Shown one piece after another: positions 9,488 through 19,388 of a stretch of 64,000 bases of DNA (position 1 is the first letter of the stretch; every line of letters begins with the position of its first letter). Under the pieces are notes generated by a model that saw only the letters and a list, made by a program, of their open reading frames with translations, did not search any database and was not told the DNA's origin. Origin of the DNA: a bacterium. Its GTDB lineage: Bacteria; Patescibacteriota; WWE3; 2-01-FULL-39-13; JAACPI01. The DNA lies in contig JAACPI010000002.1 in assembly GCA_009995545.1 (NCBI GenBank), positions 78,316 to 142,315 on the forward strand, in the 5' to 3' direction. A program made the position numbers and the translations under genes.

Positions 9488-10252
9488 TTATGGTTTAGTT
9501 TTAAGTTTAAAAAAACTAATTACCTCCTCGGAAAATTTACGATTAATTACCGAAGATAATTTAGAGGTTGTAAAATTTTTTGGTAGGTGGCTAATATTAA
9601 CCATACTAATTTTTATATTAGGTTTATTATTTTTATTTAAATTATCTTTTAAATACTGACCTTTTAGTACCCCATCTTTGACCCCAACCACATAATATAT
9701 GGGCAAATCTGAACTTAATATTTGCTTTTTAATGCCTAAAACCATTTTAGCCAAAAAGAACCATGTTTTATGATCAATTTCTTTATCAACAATTTTTAGC
9801 TGTGTCGAAGAAACCGAGTACAACAGATACTTTTGAAAAAAAGTAGTATTCCAAACCCAATCCTGTAACTTTAAAAACTCTAATAATTTAATTGAATACA
9901 GGCCGACATATTTAATAAAAAAGTTAGCATCTAGGGCATCTCTTCCTGCACAGGGAAAAATAGGTAAATAACCCACACAATTTTTATTAACTTTTAAACC
10001 TGGCAAAAATAAGTAACCTAAAGATACACTACCCAAAATATATTTTTTATTTTTTCCTACAAAGTCAATTTCATTTTGAAAGTACTTAACTAACTCTTTA
10101 TAAGAAAGATCTTGCAATGGGGGGACAGAATCTATAAATCCAGGTATTTCAATGTAATGAACCTCAAAATATTTGTTAAGTAATAACAGAACATCTTTCA
10201 TTAGTATTCTGTCTACTCCCTCACCAGATAGCAATATTAAAGGGACTTTCAT
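9488..10252 (-). CDS. alpha/beta hydrolase fold protein
   Basis: IEIPGF, GSVSLG nucleophile elbow, GVKD, late His. Confidence 0.6.
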   Translation of the reverse strand: MKVPLILLSGEGVDRILMKDVLLLLNKYFEVHYIEIPGFIDSVPPLQDLSYKELVKYFQNEIDFVGKNKKYILGSVSLGYLFLPGLKVNKNCVGYLPIFPCAGRDALDANFFIKYVGLYSIKLLEFLKLQDWVWNTTFFQKYLLYSVSSTQLKIVDKEIDHKTWFFLAKMVLGIKKQILSSDLPIYYVVGVKDGVLKGQYLKDNLNKNNKPNIKISMVNISHLPKNFTTSKLSSVINRKFSEEVISFFKLKTKP

Positions 10253-10666
10253 TTAGTTATGTAAAAGATTAAAACGATTCGAGACAATATAAACAACCCA
10301 AGAGACCAAAGTAGCCACTGTGGCACCCCAAAACAAATCAATAATAGTAACTACCAGAGGCCAGTCTTTTACCAAAGAATAATTTGTTAAATCATAAGTA
10401 GCATAAGTTATAAAACCAAAAAAAGCGGCGGATATAAGTAAATTTTTTAATGACCTAACTTTAAGAGCAGGGTAAATAACAAATACAATTAGTGCCAGGG
10501 CAAAGGCTATATAAAAAATCAACGCGGGGACTATTAAAAAATTTTCCCTCATAATATATCCCAGCTGTTCTTTATAAAAATTTTTGGATATAACACCCAA
10601 CCAAATTGCATCAAAAAATAAAAAAGTCGAGAGAGTTAGAAAATAAATTTTAGTTAAAGCACCCAT
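10253..10666 (-). CDS. DUF2177 family membrane protein
   Basis: DAIWLG, YATYDLTN, DWP, DLFWG. Confidence 0.85.
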   Translation of the reverse strand: MGALTKIYFLTLSTFLFFDAIWLGVISKNFYKEQLGYIMRENFLIVPALIFYIAFALALIVFVIYPALKVRSLKNLLISAAFFGFITYATYDLTNYSLVKDWPLVVTIIDLFWGATVATLVSWVVYIVSNRFNLLHN

Positions 10667-10765
10667 ATAAGAAATAGAAAGAAAATTTAGCTAAAGACTC
10701 GTCAAAGTGATCTCTAGATATGTTGTTATGATATCATTTATTTAAAGTATTAAATAAATATTAAT

Positions 10766-11635
10766 ATGTCCCTAACCCCTTTTAGGATTGAAGATCCGAT
10801 GGAAATTGACGCTATAAGATCCTTAGTAGAGGAGACACCGGTGCAACGACCAGATGTTGTAACCCCCTATATAGATAAACCTATTAGAAGAGTAGAGGGC
10901 CAACCAATAATATCCGAAGATCCCCTGTGGGGAGATTCTTATTTTTTCATCCAGGGTTCTCTCCTAAACGGCCCTCGGCTAAGGGAAACTTATTATGGCA
11001 GGAACGAAAAGGGTTACCCGACATGTATCCTAATTCACCAAGAAAAGCAAAAACCAGGAGATCTTGCCGACACCCAAGCCTACTACAAACTAGAGGAGGC
11101 ATTGGAAAAACCTATAAACTGGGGTCTGGTGAAAAATTCTAGAGAAATACTTGCCGAAACAAGGCTCTGGGGACATTCAATAGATTCAAAACCATTGCCC
11201 GGAGAAAGATACCCGGGCTTTAACGGCTCAGGAGAGGACATTATACGAATCTTCCAGTTTGGACTCTGGCCAGCTAAAGGTCAAAAATGCCCGTGGTTGA
11301 GTGATTTTAGAATGGGGGCGGCAGGTGTTAGTGGTTTTCAGGCGGGACTTAAATTTGATGGTTTAGCAGTGGCGATGAAAAAGGGAACACCCTTAATACT
11401 TAATGATAAAAACGAGGGTTTTATAGCCCCAGCAGAATTACTATTTATACTACCAAATAGAGAAGCTGCTGAAGCATTAAAGGAATTTGTAAGAACAAAT
11501 CTCGGCTCGATATTTAGTAACGGTACTATACACCAAAAAAGGCTAGAATTAAGTGAAGATTTTTTAGAAAAAAGAATAATTTCAATCGAAGATGAAGACT
11601 TTAAGGAGGAAGTCCTAAAATTTAAGGATTCTTAA
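10766..11635 (+). CDS. hypothetical protein (orphan)
   Basis: 289-aa ORF, no recognised motif. Confidence 0.6.
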   Translation: MSLTPFRIEDPMEIDAIRSLVEETPVQRPDVVTPYIDKPIRRVEGQPIISEDPLWGDSYFFIQGSLLNGPRLRETYYGRNEKGYPTCILIHQEKQKPGDLADTQAYYKLEEALEKPINWGLVKNSREILAETRLWGHSIDSKPLPGERYPGFNGSGEDIIRIFQFGLWPAKGQKCPWLSDFRMGAAGVSGFQAGLKFDGLAVAMKKGTPLILNDKNEGFIAPAELLFILPNREAAEALKEFVRTNLGSIFSNGTIHQKRLELSEDFLEKRIISIEDEDFKEEVLKFKDS

Positions 11636-11636
11636 A

Positions 11637-11927
11637 CTAAGTTAAAAAATAACTGGGTAATTGTCGGCCGGTTTCTTCTAAAATATTTTTTCGTTTCTCT
11701 GTAGGTATTGTTTTTGCAAAGTTACTAATTTGCGTGCGCATTTCGTCTAACTTTTTATTATATTCGTTACTTATTGATAAGAATTCTCCAGGAGGTAAAA
11801 GAGATCTGAAGTTATCCGCTATTACTTCTCCCAATACTAAGTTTTTAAATAAACTTAACCTATCATCAGTTCTTACAGTCAGAGTTAAATTTAGAAGTTC
11901 CTGTAAATTGTTTAGAGTTGGAAACAT
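11637..11927 (-). CDS. hypothetical protein
   Basis: 96-aa helical ORF; TAAACT 6 nt before ATG. Confidence 0.55.
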   Translation of the reverse strand: MFPTLNNLQELLNLTLTVRTDDRLSLFKNLVLGEVIADNFRSLLPPGEFLSISNEYNKKLDEMRTQISNFAKTIPTEKRKNILEETGRQLPSYFLT

Positions 11928-11990
11928 ATCATTAGTTTAGCAAAAAAAGATTAAAAAGACTTTTTTATTACCTTATATTAAACTTTGTGA

Positions 11991-12845
11991 ATGATATGGA
12001 TTACTTATGCATTTTCTTCTGTAGCATTTTTTGTTGTACTAAATCTTCTTTCAAAAGTCTTAATGAAAGACAGCAAAGATACAAGAGCTTTTGCTTTTAT
12101 TTTTAATTGTATAAGTGCCGCTTTTGCACTAACTATTTTTATAGCATCCTCTGGATATAAGAATTTACCAGATAATTATTCAACAATCGCTCTGACAGTT
12201 TTACTAATTTCCTCATTAAGTTATGGGCTTTTTGAAAGGTTTAAATGGTACGCGATTAAACACACCGAAATTTCTGTAAATACAGTTATAGTTTCTTTGG
12301 CAACTCCTTTAGCCTTTTTATCAGCAATATTTTTATATAACGAAAGTATAAATGTATACAAAGTTGTTGGCACAGTTTTAGTTGTTATAGCTGTCTTTTT
12401 TACAACTAGTAGGGCAAAGGGCAAGAGCACTACCAAGGGCTTGCTAACCTCTTTTTTTACTATGGCTCTAATTGCTGTAGCTTGGAGTTTTGATAAAATG
12501 GGCAGCCAACTATATACTCCAGAATTTTTTAATATTTTGGTTTGGACCTTCCCTATTCTTTTTATAGTTTTTCCTAAGATAAAAATTCAAAATATAAAGA
12601 TTGAGTGGAAAATCAACAATTATAAAATTGTTTTAATATCTTTTTTAAATGTAATAGGCTACTACTTAAATTTAAAAGCACTTCAAATTGCCGAAGCCAC
12701 GAGGGTAATTCCAATAATTGAATCTTCTGTAATTATTACAGTTATTGCGGGAGTATTTTTACTTAAAGAAAAAGATAGTTTAAGCAAAAAAATTATCGCA
12801 GCAATTTTATCTTTTGTAGGGATAATTTTATTAACTTTTAGATAG
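11991..12845 (+). CDS. EamA/DMT family transporter
   Basis: About 10 TM helices in two repeats; FLYNESI and FLLKEK motifs. Confidence 0.88.
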   Translation: MIWITYAFSSVAFFVVLNLLSKVLMKDSKDTRAFAFIFNCISAAFALTIFIASSGYKNLPDNYSTIALTVLLISSLSYGLFERFKWYAIKHTEISVNTVIVSLATPLAFLSAIFLYNESINVYKVVGTVLVVIAVFFTTSRAKGKSTTKGLLTSFFTMALIAVAWSFDKMGSQLYTPEFFNILVWTFPILFIVFPKIKIQNIKIEWKINNYKIVLISFLNVIGYYLNLKALQIAEATRVIPIIESSVIITVIAGVFLLKEKDSLSKKIIAAILSFVGIILLTFR

Positions 12846-12897
12846 AAAATTTTATACCAATGACTATATTTGATATTTTTAGTGTAAAATTATTTTA

Positions 12898-14109
12898 ATG
12901 ACAGAATCAACTTCACAATTTTCATCGGAGACGGAAGTTCAAAAAGCTGAAATCACTACGGCTATTGAAAACAGCTCGCATGGTGAGGATAGACTTAAGG
13001 TTCTTGAGCACCCAAATTCCTCGGCTAGCACTGTAATTTTATGTGATGGGGCGACAGCAAAAAAGGACGGTGCAGGTGGCAGGGCTGCTGAGGCTGTTAT
13101 AAATTATTTAGGACAGGCCCTAAATGATTTGCAACAATCCCACGGTGAAGATCTAGAGATTTTTGCAGACAACTTAGTAAAGGAAGTAGTAAAAGCAAGT
13201 AGTGTGGCACAAAGAGAGGGTGGACAAACAACTGTAAGTATCGTACATAGTTTTGGCCCCATTAAAGAAAACCCTAGTAAACATAAATTTTTAGTGTGTG
13301 CTACAGATGATTCCCCTATAATTATTTACGATCCAAAAAGCGGAAGATTTAGAAGATACCCCGCACCTCCAGAAAAGGTACTTTTAAAAGAAACATTAAG
13401 TGACAAATCTATCTATACCGGAGAAATGGGTGGACAAACTGCTTATGAGTGGTTAGATAACTCGGTGGAACCTCCAAAAAATAGGCAAGAAGAGGCCTTA
13501 AATAAGAGCAGAAGAAGAATACGAAACTATCTAGGAGGAGACAGGCCACCAACCCCGGATGTTCAATGGTTAAACTTACCGGACACAGCAGTGATTTTTG
13601 TTGGATCCGATGGTATAACAGATGTCCTCCCAATTGAAACCACGGAGGCATCCAAAAAAAGAGGTATTTTTAGTATTACGGAATTAATGGCACAAGGAAA
13701 AGATGCTTCACAAATATTGGAGTACGCGGTTAAAGTAGCTGCCCAAGGAAAGGAAAATTATTTTAGAGCAAAAAGGGATGACAGGTCTTGCGCGGTTATT
13801 ACGATGCCCAAAGCTAAAAACTTTTTTGGCAGAGCAGGAAAAATATTAAGAGAGACCTTTATAAGAGCAACAAAAGGCGTAAGAACACTGGCTACCTATA
13901 GTGAAATAGTTGCAAGTAGTCCAACAGCAACAAAAAAAGGGGAAACTGCAGATAATAGCCCATTCCAGGATATTGATACAATAATAAGAACATCTGGAGA
14001 CGTGGCAGAAGCAAATCGAAAGATACTCGAAATATACGAGAGAGGAACTCCTGGGTATGAATATTGGATGCGAAATACGGATAAATTTTCTATCGGATCA
14101 AAAAATTAA
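12898..14109 (+). CDS. PP2C-family protein phosphatase-like
   Basis: ILCDG, GQTT, TDDS, VGSDGITD, DDRS metal-binding motifs. Confidence 0.75.
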   Translation: MTESTSQFSSETEVQKAEITTAIENSSHGEDRLKVLEHPNSSASTVILCDGATAKKDGAGGRAAEAVINYLGQALNDLQQSHGEDLEIFADNLVKEVVKASSVAQREGGQTTVSIVHSFGPIKENPSKHKFLVCATDDSPIIIYDPKSGRFRRYPAPPEKVLLKETLSDKSIYTGEMGGQTAYEWLDNSVEPPKNRQEEALNKSRRRIRNYLGGDRPPTPDVQWLNLPDTAVIFVGSDGITDVLPIETTEASKKRGIFSITELMAQGKDASQILEYAVKVAAQGKENYFRAKRDDRSCAVITMPKAKNFFGRAGKILRETFIRATKGVRTLATYSEIVASSPTATKKGETADNSPFQDIDTIIRTSGDVAEANRKILEIYERGTPGYEYWMRNTDKFSIGSKN

Positions 14110-14196
14110 GATCACATCGGCAGTATTAATTAAGTGTCTTAAAAACCAAATTCAAATTTAGACTCAGTCTATTTTTTGGAGGTAGTAGACAGGAAT

Positions 14197-15063
14197 CTAT
14201 AATACTTTATCAAGTAACTGCAATATTTCGTCATTTAAAAAATGGGTTCTGCCAATTAAAGACCCCAGCTGCAGGTCTCTAGTTAAATCCAAGGGTTCCC
14301 TGTTTTTAGCTTGACCCCTCCCATTTAACTGATTATCCACAGCCTCTTTAAATTGCCTTCTCAATTCTCCTACTCTCTCTAAAGCCTTTAAGTCATTTTC
14401 GTTAGGTGTACGATCAGCGGATAACTGATTCCACCTATCGGCTGAAAGGACCTCATTTATAGCAGAATACCTACCAGCAACCAAGGCTACATAGGCGTCG
14501 GAGCTCTGAGTACATTCTGCAACAGTACTTTTTAACGTAGCCTTTAAACCATCCCTCGTGAGTTCAGGTTGTTTAGGGTCTCTTTTTAAGTTGTAACTAG
14601 TTATATAGGCATCCGGATCTTGTAAAATAGCATCTAATTCGTAAGATTTAACTGCTAATTGTTGAGGTAAAGGAATTTCCGGAGTGGGGTTTTGGGTCGC
14701 AGCCCTTAGTTCATTTAGTCTATAGTCAAGATTACGGAAAGAATTTATCACAGCAGTGCCTGGCAAATCCTCCTCCGTCCAAGACGGAAAAGTTTCACCA
14801 GTGTTTGTATCTATAGTAGATAAAGTACTGTTGTTAAAGATAACGGCTGAGGGAAAAATGAGGGTGGTGGTTGTGCCGAAATCTTTATATGCAGCCTTAA
14901 GCTTTTCTACCGCCTCTGCTCTTTCAACAGCCCCACTGTCGGTGGAATCACCCGAGGGCTTAGTTACAGAAGGAATAAATTCCTCACCGCCAATAGCTAT
15001 TGAAGTTACAGAGGATCTTACCTCGGCTTCTAAAAGACTAAGATTCGGATCTAATTCAGTCAT
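14197..15063 (-). CDS. hypothetical protein (orphan, helical)
   Basis: 288-aa ORF. Confidence 0.6.
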   Translation of the reverse strand: MTELDPNLSLLEAEVRSSVTSIAIGGEEFIPSVTKPSGDSTDSGAVERAEAVEKLKAAYKDFGTTTTLIFPSAVIFNNSTLSTIDTNTGETFPSWTEEDLPGTAVINSFRNLDYRLNELRAATQNPTPEIPLPQQLAVKSYELDAILQDPDAYITSYNLKRDPKQPELTRDGLKATLKSTVAECTQSSDAYVALVAGRYSAINEVLSADRWNQLSADRTPNENDLKALERVGELRRQFKEAVDNQLNGRGQAKNREPLDLTRDLQLGSLIGRTHFLNDEILQLLDKVL

Positions 15064-15298
15064 ACAGGCAGTTAAATTAATTACAAACTATAACATTATT
15101 ATATAGCAAACAAAAAAATTATAAACTTTATACCAACTGACTGAACAGTTTTAAAGTATTGTGAATTTTAGGATTGTGAATCTTAATTCTAGTAAAATAC
15201 CTTATAAATCCAATATTTCCCTAAGTATGTATTTAAAGATTAGCTTTACCAAAGCATAAGTTTAACAATATATAAAGATCCTGGAAGCTAAATAATTT

Positions 15299-16168
15299 TT
15301 ATTTTTTAGGGCGGTAAAAATCACCCATCAACTCTGTGTATGCTTGCCAAAATTCAGTTGGACTTAGCTTGTTACTGTAATGTGCGTAAATTAAAAGGTT
15401 AATTTCAGGCCTTATATCTAAAATGGGCGGCCAAACTCTTGCTAAATTTGCACAAAGATCTACAGCATCCTCACCAGCTAAGACTATTCTTAATCTGTTA
15501 TCTCTATCAGAACCTATTCGCTTAATAAATTTTTCTTCCGGATACATATTTTTAAAAATCCTGTGCAAGTGACTTTCCCTCTTAAAATCAAGTTGAATTC
15601 TGGTGTCCCCGTTAGGATCATGCTTTTTAGTAGGTTTAACTACTCTTATTGCACCTCTATCAGTAGCTAATATCCCTGCCAAAATAGCGAGGTGAAAATC
15701 TGATACATCTTCAATTAATAATGCAGACTCTACCACTTCCCTAGAGTAGTCAATTAAGCCTTTGAAATAATCCGTTCTTTCGTTCTCAACAACCACCAAC
15801 AAGGTATATTGGGGACTAGATTTTTTTCCGTAGCTTAAAACCGCTGTCTTCGCAAAACTAGGCACTACCTTAGAAAGAACAGAAAAAAATGCGGGGCGTG
15901 TTGTATCAGCCTTTACCTGAGGAACCCTTCTTTCTGGTTTCCCCTTTTCAGCTTTATTGTAGATTCCAAAATGTAAGGATTGATCCACCATACCTGCTTG
16001 AAAGTAGGGATAAAGAGGGTGATCAAAATACTCTCCCAAAGACTCAACAACAGCTCTATCGGGAACAAAATCTTGGGGGTTAACAGGTAAAGGCTCCTTA
16101 GCTTTTAAATGATCGGGCTCGCTTGGAATAAATTCGGTATTAAACTTTTCTAAATCCATAGTATACAA
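15299..16168 (-). CDS. degenerate two-motif LAGLIDADG-like protein (likely start at ATG 16159)
   Basis: YFQAGMVDQSLHFGI and ILAGILATDRGAI helices, each followed by beta-strand-like segments. Confidence 0.5.
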   Translation of the reverse strand: MYTMDLEKFNTEFIPSEPDHLKAKEPLPVNPQDFVPDRAVVESLGEYFDHPLYPYFQAGMVDQSLHFGIYNKAEKGKPERRVPQVKADTTRPAFFSVLSKVVPSFAKTAVLSYGKKSSPQYTLLVVVENERTDYFKGLIDYSREVVESALLIEDVSDFHLAILAGILATDRGAIRVVKPTKKHDPNGDTRIQLDFKRESHLHRIFKNMYPEEKFIKRIGSDRDNRLRIVLAGEDAVDLCANLARVWPPILDIRPEINLLIYAHYSNKLSPTEFWQAYTELMGDFYRPKK

Positions 16169-16264
16169 ATATTATATACTATAGGTTATCATTTAGCCTA
16201 ATCTTTGTCAATACAGGTTTAAAAGTGGGTCTGGGTTGAAACTGAAAAATAAGTAGGAAATATC

Positions 16265-16969
16265 TTAAGTTAAAGAAGATATTGAATCAGCTTTATCCTC
16301 AATAAACACCTTGGTAACCAAATCAATAATTTTCTGGGTTTTGATATACCCTTCGGCACTTAATCTTTCTATTTTTGACCTATATATTTGACTGGTCTCC
16401 CCGATTTGTCGATTTAGGTATTGACCGACGATAGCCTCAATTTCAGCAATAACGGGTCTCGAGAAGGTTAAAAAAAGGTTTCTTTGTCCTGTATTAAAAT
16501 TCAAGACTCTAATTAGGGCTGCCCCTATTTCCTCTTTTTTTAAAGGTTCCATCCCCCGATCACTGCGCTGCTTATTTAAAGCTTCCAAGGAACCTTCAGG
16601 ATTTTCTAAAAAACTTCTTATATTCTTGGGATTCATTACCATACCTGTATTTTGATCTCCAAATTTAACAGAACTATCCATACCGGGTAACTGTTTTAAT
16701 AAGGGGTCGACCCTCTTTAAGGTAGCAGAGCTGTTAGCTAAGTCATGGGCATTAACGGAGTAAGCGGCCCTCTCTCTTTGATAGCCCTTAGGGTAATCTG
16801 CGTACTCATCCAAAAGTAACAATAAGTTTTCCTCATCCTCCCCAAGAACTGTTTCTTGTTTAATAGAAGTAATTTTTTCAGGTACCGCACTTTCAGAAGC
16901 CTCCGTTTCTGGTTCAACGGGAGGTTCGGGAGTAGGGGCTGGAGAAATTCTAGGTAAAATATCAGGCAT
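16265..16969 (-). CDS. hypothetical protein with Pro/Glu-rich N-terminus
   Basis: 234-aa ORF. Confidence 0.6.
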   Translation of the reverse strand: MPDILPRISPAPTPEPPVEPETEASESAVPEKITSIKQETVLGEDEENLLLLLDEYADYPKGYQRERAAYSVNAHDLANSSATLKRVDPLLKQLPGMDSSVKFGDQNTGMVMNPKNIRSFLENPEGSLEALNKQRSDRGMEPLKKEEIGAALIRVLNFNTGQRNLFLTFSRPVIAEIEAIVGQYLNRQIGETSQIYRSKIERLSAEGYIKTQKIIDLVTKVFIEDKADSISSLT

Positions 16970-17012
16970 AATAAGGTTAATTTATATTAGAATTATATCA
17001 AACAAAAACAGC

Positions 17013-17549
17013 TTAAAAAACAACCGGTATAGTAAGGTTTATGTCTTTTTCTGCAAGACCGGATGGATTACTTTTTTGTAAAACTAACTCCCCTCGTTTT
17101 ATATCAGGAGATGTAAAACTTAGTTCAACTGAGAAATCGATAAAATCAGAATTCATCCAGTCTTCATTGGTTGTTACTAAACTATGCGTAATCTCCGTAC
17201 CGGAGGAGTCATTTAAGGTAATTAAAAAACTTCCTTCAAAAAACCAGCTACCTCTTGCCTTACCTTTTACAGTTAAAGGGCTGGTTATTAAAGTGTCTTT
17301 TATGGGATATTCCAGCATAATTTGATCTGAAAGATCGCTGTTTGCAATTTGTTGTACAAAAGTTTGTCCGTTATAGGTACACTGAGCAGGGTACATCAAA
17401 GTAATTTGTCCGTTAACCTGCACACACTCATCATAATTTGTAACTGAAGGGCTAATTACCTCAGAACTGAATAAGGGTAAACCAAAATAAACACCTAATC
17501 CAAATAATAGGGACAAGATTAAATAAAGAGATTTTTTGTTTATATTCAT
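17013..17549 (-). CDS. Gmad2 immunoglobulin-like domain surface protein
   Basis: N-terminal TM; SPLTVKGKARGSWFFEGSF, DWM, NPSGL. Confidence 0.85.
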   Translation of the reverse strand: MNINKKSLYLILSLLFGLGVYFGLPLFSSEVISPSVTNYDECVQVNGQITLMYPAQCTYNGQTFVQQIANSDLSDQIMLEYPIKDTLITSPLTVKGKARGSWFFEGSFLITLNDSSGTEITHSLVTTNEDWMNSDFIDFSVELSFTSPDIKRGELVLQKSNPSGLAEKDINLTIPVVF

Positions 17550-17570
17550 AAAATAATTATAGTAGATAAT

Positions 17571-18098
17571 TTAAAATACCCTACTATCATAAGCCCAGTG
17601 TAATAAGGCTTGTCTTTGCCTTGGTCTGCAAGTTAAATCACCAGGCAAGCAATTTTTTGCAACTTGAGCCACGTGTCTATTCATTGCCTTCCATCGCTTA
17701 ATCTGACGGTCATCCTCACCGGTTAACCTTCTTCCCATGTAATACCTACAATACCACTGAAACCAGCCACGGGGATCATGTTCGCTGTTTATCCAGCCTT
17801 TTTTAACCCAAACGCTCAATGGTTGCGATGCGTCAACTTTAAAAAAGTTAAGATCTCTGCTGTGTCCAAAAACCCCTTGTGGATGAAATCTTACATTTAA
17901 AAACCAATCAGAGGGAAACTCATTTTTACAATCACGCATATATCTACCACCAAAAACCCCCATTTGTAACATTTGTTTTGGAGTTAAGTCTGGTTTAAAA
18001 TCGATAGCAAAATTTTTACCTACAGGTTCTGTTAAAGAGTAAACATAACTCTCTTGCATTTTATCGTTAACCAAAATATCGCCAGTTACTTTAAGCAT
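17571..18098 (-). CDS. conserved hypothetical protein (GWFQWYCRYY family)
   Basis: FKPDLTPKQMLQMGVFGG, DPRGWFQWYCRYYMGRR, DDRQIKRW, RQALLHWAYD. Confidence 0.75.
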   Translation of the reverse strand: MLKVTGDILVNDKMQESYVYSLTEPVGKNFAIDFKPDLTPKQMLQMGVFGGRYMRDCKNEFPSDWFLNVRFHPQGVFGHSRDLNFFKVDASQPLSVWVKKGWINSEHDPRGWFQWYCRYYMGRRLTGEDDRQIKRWKAMNRHVAQVAKNCLPGDLTCRPRQRQALLHWAYDSRVF

Positions 18099-18852
18099 TT
18101 TTATTAAACCAAGGAATTAGAATGCTTGTTTTAGATTTATAATCAACATAGCTTTTATCTTTTCCCCATTTTTTATCAGCATACTTTTCTAAGGGAGGTA
18201 TACCTGTAGCAAAAAGTAATAAAACGACAATAAACAAAGGGCCGCTTAAAGCTATTATTTGAAATAAAAAGGAAAGAGATGGGAAAACAAAAATATAAAT
18301 ACCTAACCAACAGAGTATTTCACCAAAATAATTTGGGTGTCTAGAGTATTTCCATAAACCAACGTTAATAAACTTGTCTTTGTTAGAAGGATTTTGTGTA
18401 AATTTATACTTTTGTAAATCTGCAAAAGATTCTATTATCAAACCAAAAAGCCAAATAGATATACCGGGCATAAAAACACTTTTATTATCACTTTGAATAA
18501 ATAATAAAGAAGGTAATAAAATAACCCATACCGCTAGACCTTGTAAAACCCAAAACCTTAGAAAGGCAAAAAACGATTCTCTAATACCATCAAAGCGCTT
18601 GTCTTTGGTTATTTTTCTGATCCGAATAAATAAAAACGCGCCAAGCCGCACACCCCACAAAAAAACTGCAAGCCAAACAACTATATTTAAGGGAACAATA
18701 GAATTTTTTAATAATGAAAAGGTAATTAAAAAAATGAAAGTTAAAGAATAGCTTAAGTCAGTAAGTTTATCTGTTTTGTATATAAAGGCAGGAATAAACA
18801 TTAGTATGTTTATTAAAAGTGCAAAGGTCAAATATGTTATTAAAGTACCCAT
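18091..18852 (-). CDS. DUF1295 / steroid 5-alpha-reductase-like membrane protein
   Basis: WGVRLG, KDKRFD, ADLQK, GLWKYSRHPNYFGE. Confidence 0.9.
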   Translation of the reverse strand: MGTLITYLTFALLINILMFIPAFIYKTDKLTDLSYSLTFIFLITFSLLKNSIVPLNIVVWLAVFLWGVRLGAFLFIRIRKITKDKRFDGIRESFFAFLRFWVLQGLAVWVILLPSLLFIQSDNKSVFMPGISIWLFGLIIESFADLQKYKFTQNPSNKDKFINVGLWKYSRHPNYFGEILCWLGIYIFVFPSLSFLFQIIALSGPLFIVVLLLFATGIPPLEKYADKKWGKDKSYVDYKSKTSILIPWFNKNA

Positions 18853-18867
18853 AAATTAATTATACAA

Positions 18868-19371
18868 CTAACTTTTACCAAAATAAGGTTGGGTTAGAAT
18901 TTGAACCTGGTCTTTCTTGTAAGGTTTAATTAAGTAAATCTCTTCAAAAATAATGGAATGTGCTTCATGTATTTGTAAAATAGGATTAAAATTGTTATCA
19001 ATAAAAATCGGATCTTCATAACCATAAAGTAAGCTAGGGGTAAAGGGCAAACAGAACACAGTATTATCTATAAAATGCTTTTTTATTAATATGGAAAATT
19101 CTAATATTACGTAATCTTTTGTATCAATATTTTCGGATATTAATACCGAGTTAATTTCTTTTTTGTTTTTAATTAAAGGTTTTAGAGTATCTATGTTTTT
19201 TGTAAAAGTAACGTCTGTTAATACGGCCCCTTCTTTTTTAAAAAAACTAAATTTGAATAGGTTTATTTTTAGGCTATTCGCTACAAACTTTTTTACAGCT
19301 ACATACTCAGAATCTTGCAAAACCCTAGGCGCATTAATATTTTCGGCGTAATCTGTATAATACCTTTTCAT
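18868..19371 (-). CDS. hypothetical protein
   Basis: 167-aa ORF. Confidence 0.5.
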   Translation of the reverse strand: MKRYYTDYAENINAPRVLQDSEYVAVKKFVANSLKINLFKFSFFKKEGAVLTDVTFTKNIDTLKPLIKNKKEINSVLISENIDTKDYVILEFSILIKKHFIDNTVFCLPFTPSLLYGYEDPIFIDNNFNPILQIHEAHSIIFEEIYLIKPYKKDQVQILTQPYFGKS

Positions 19372-19388
19372 AGAAAATAAATTAAAGG

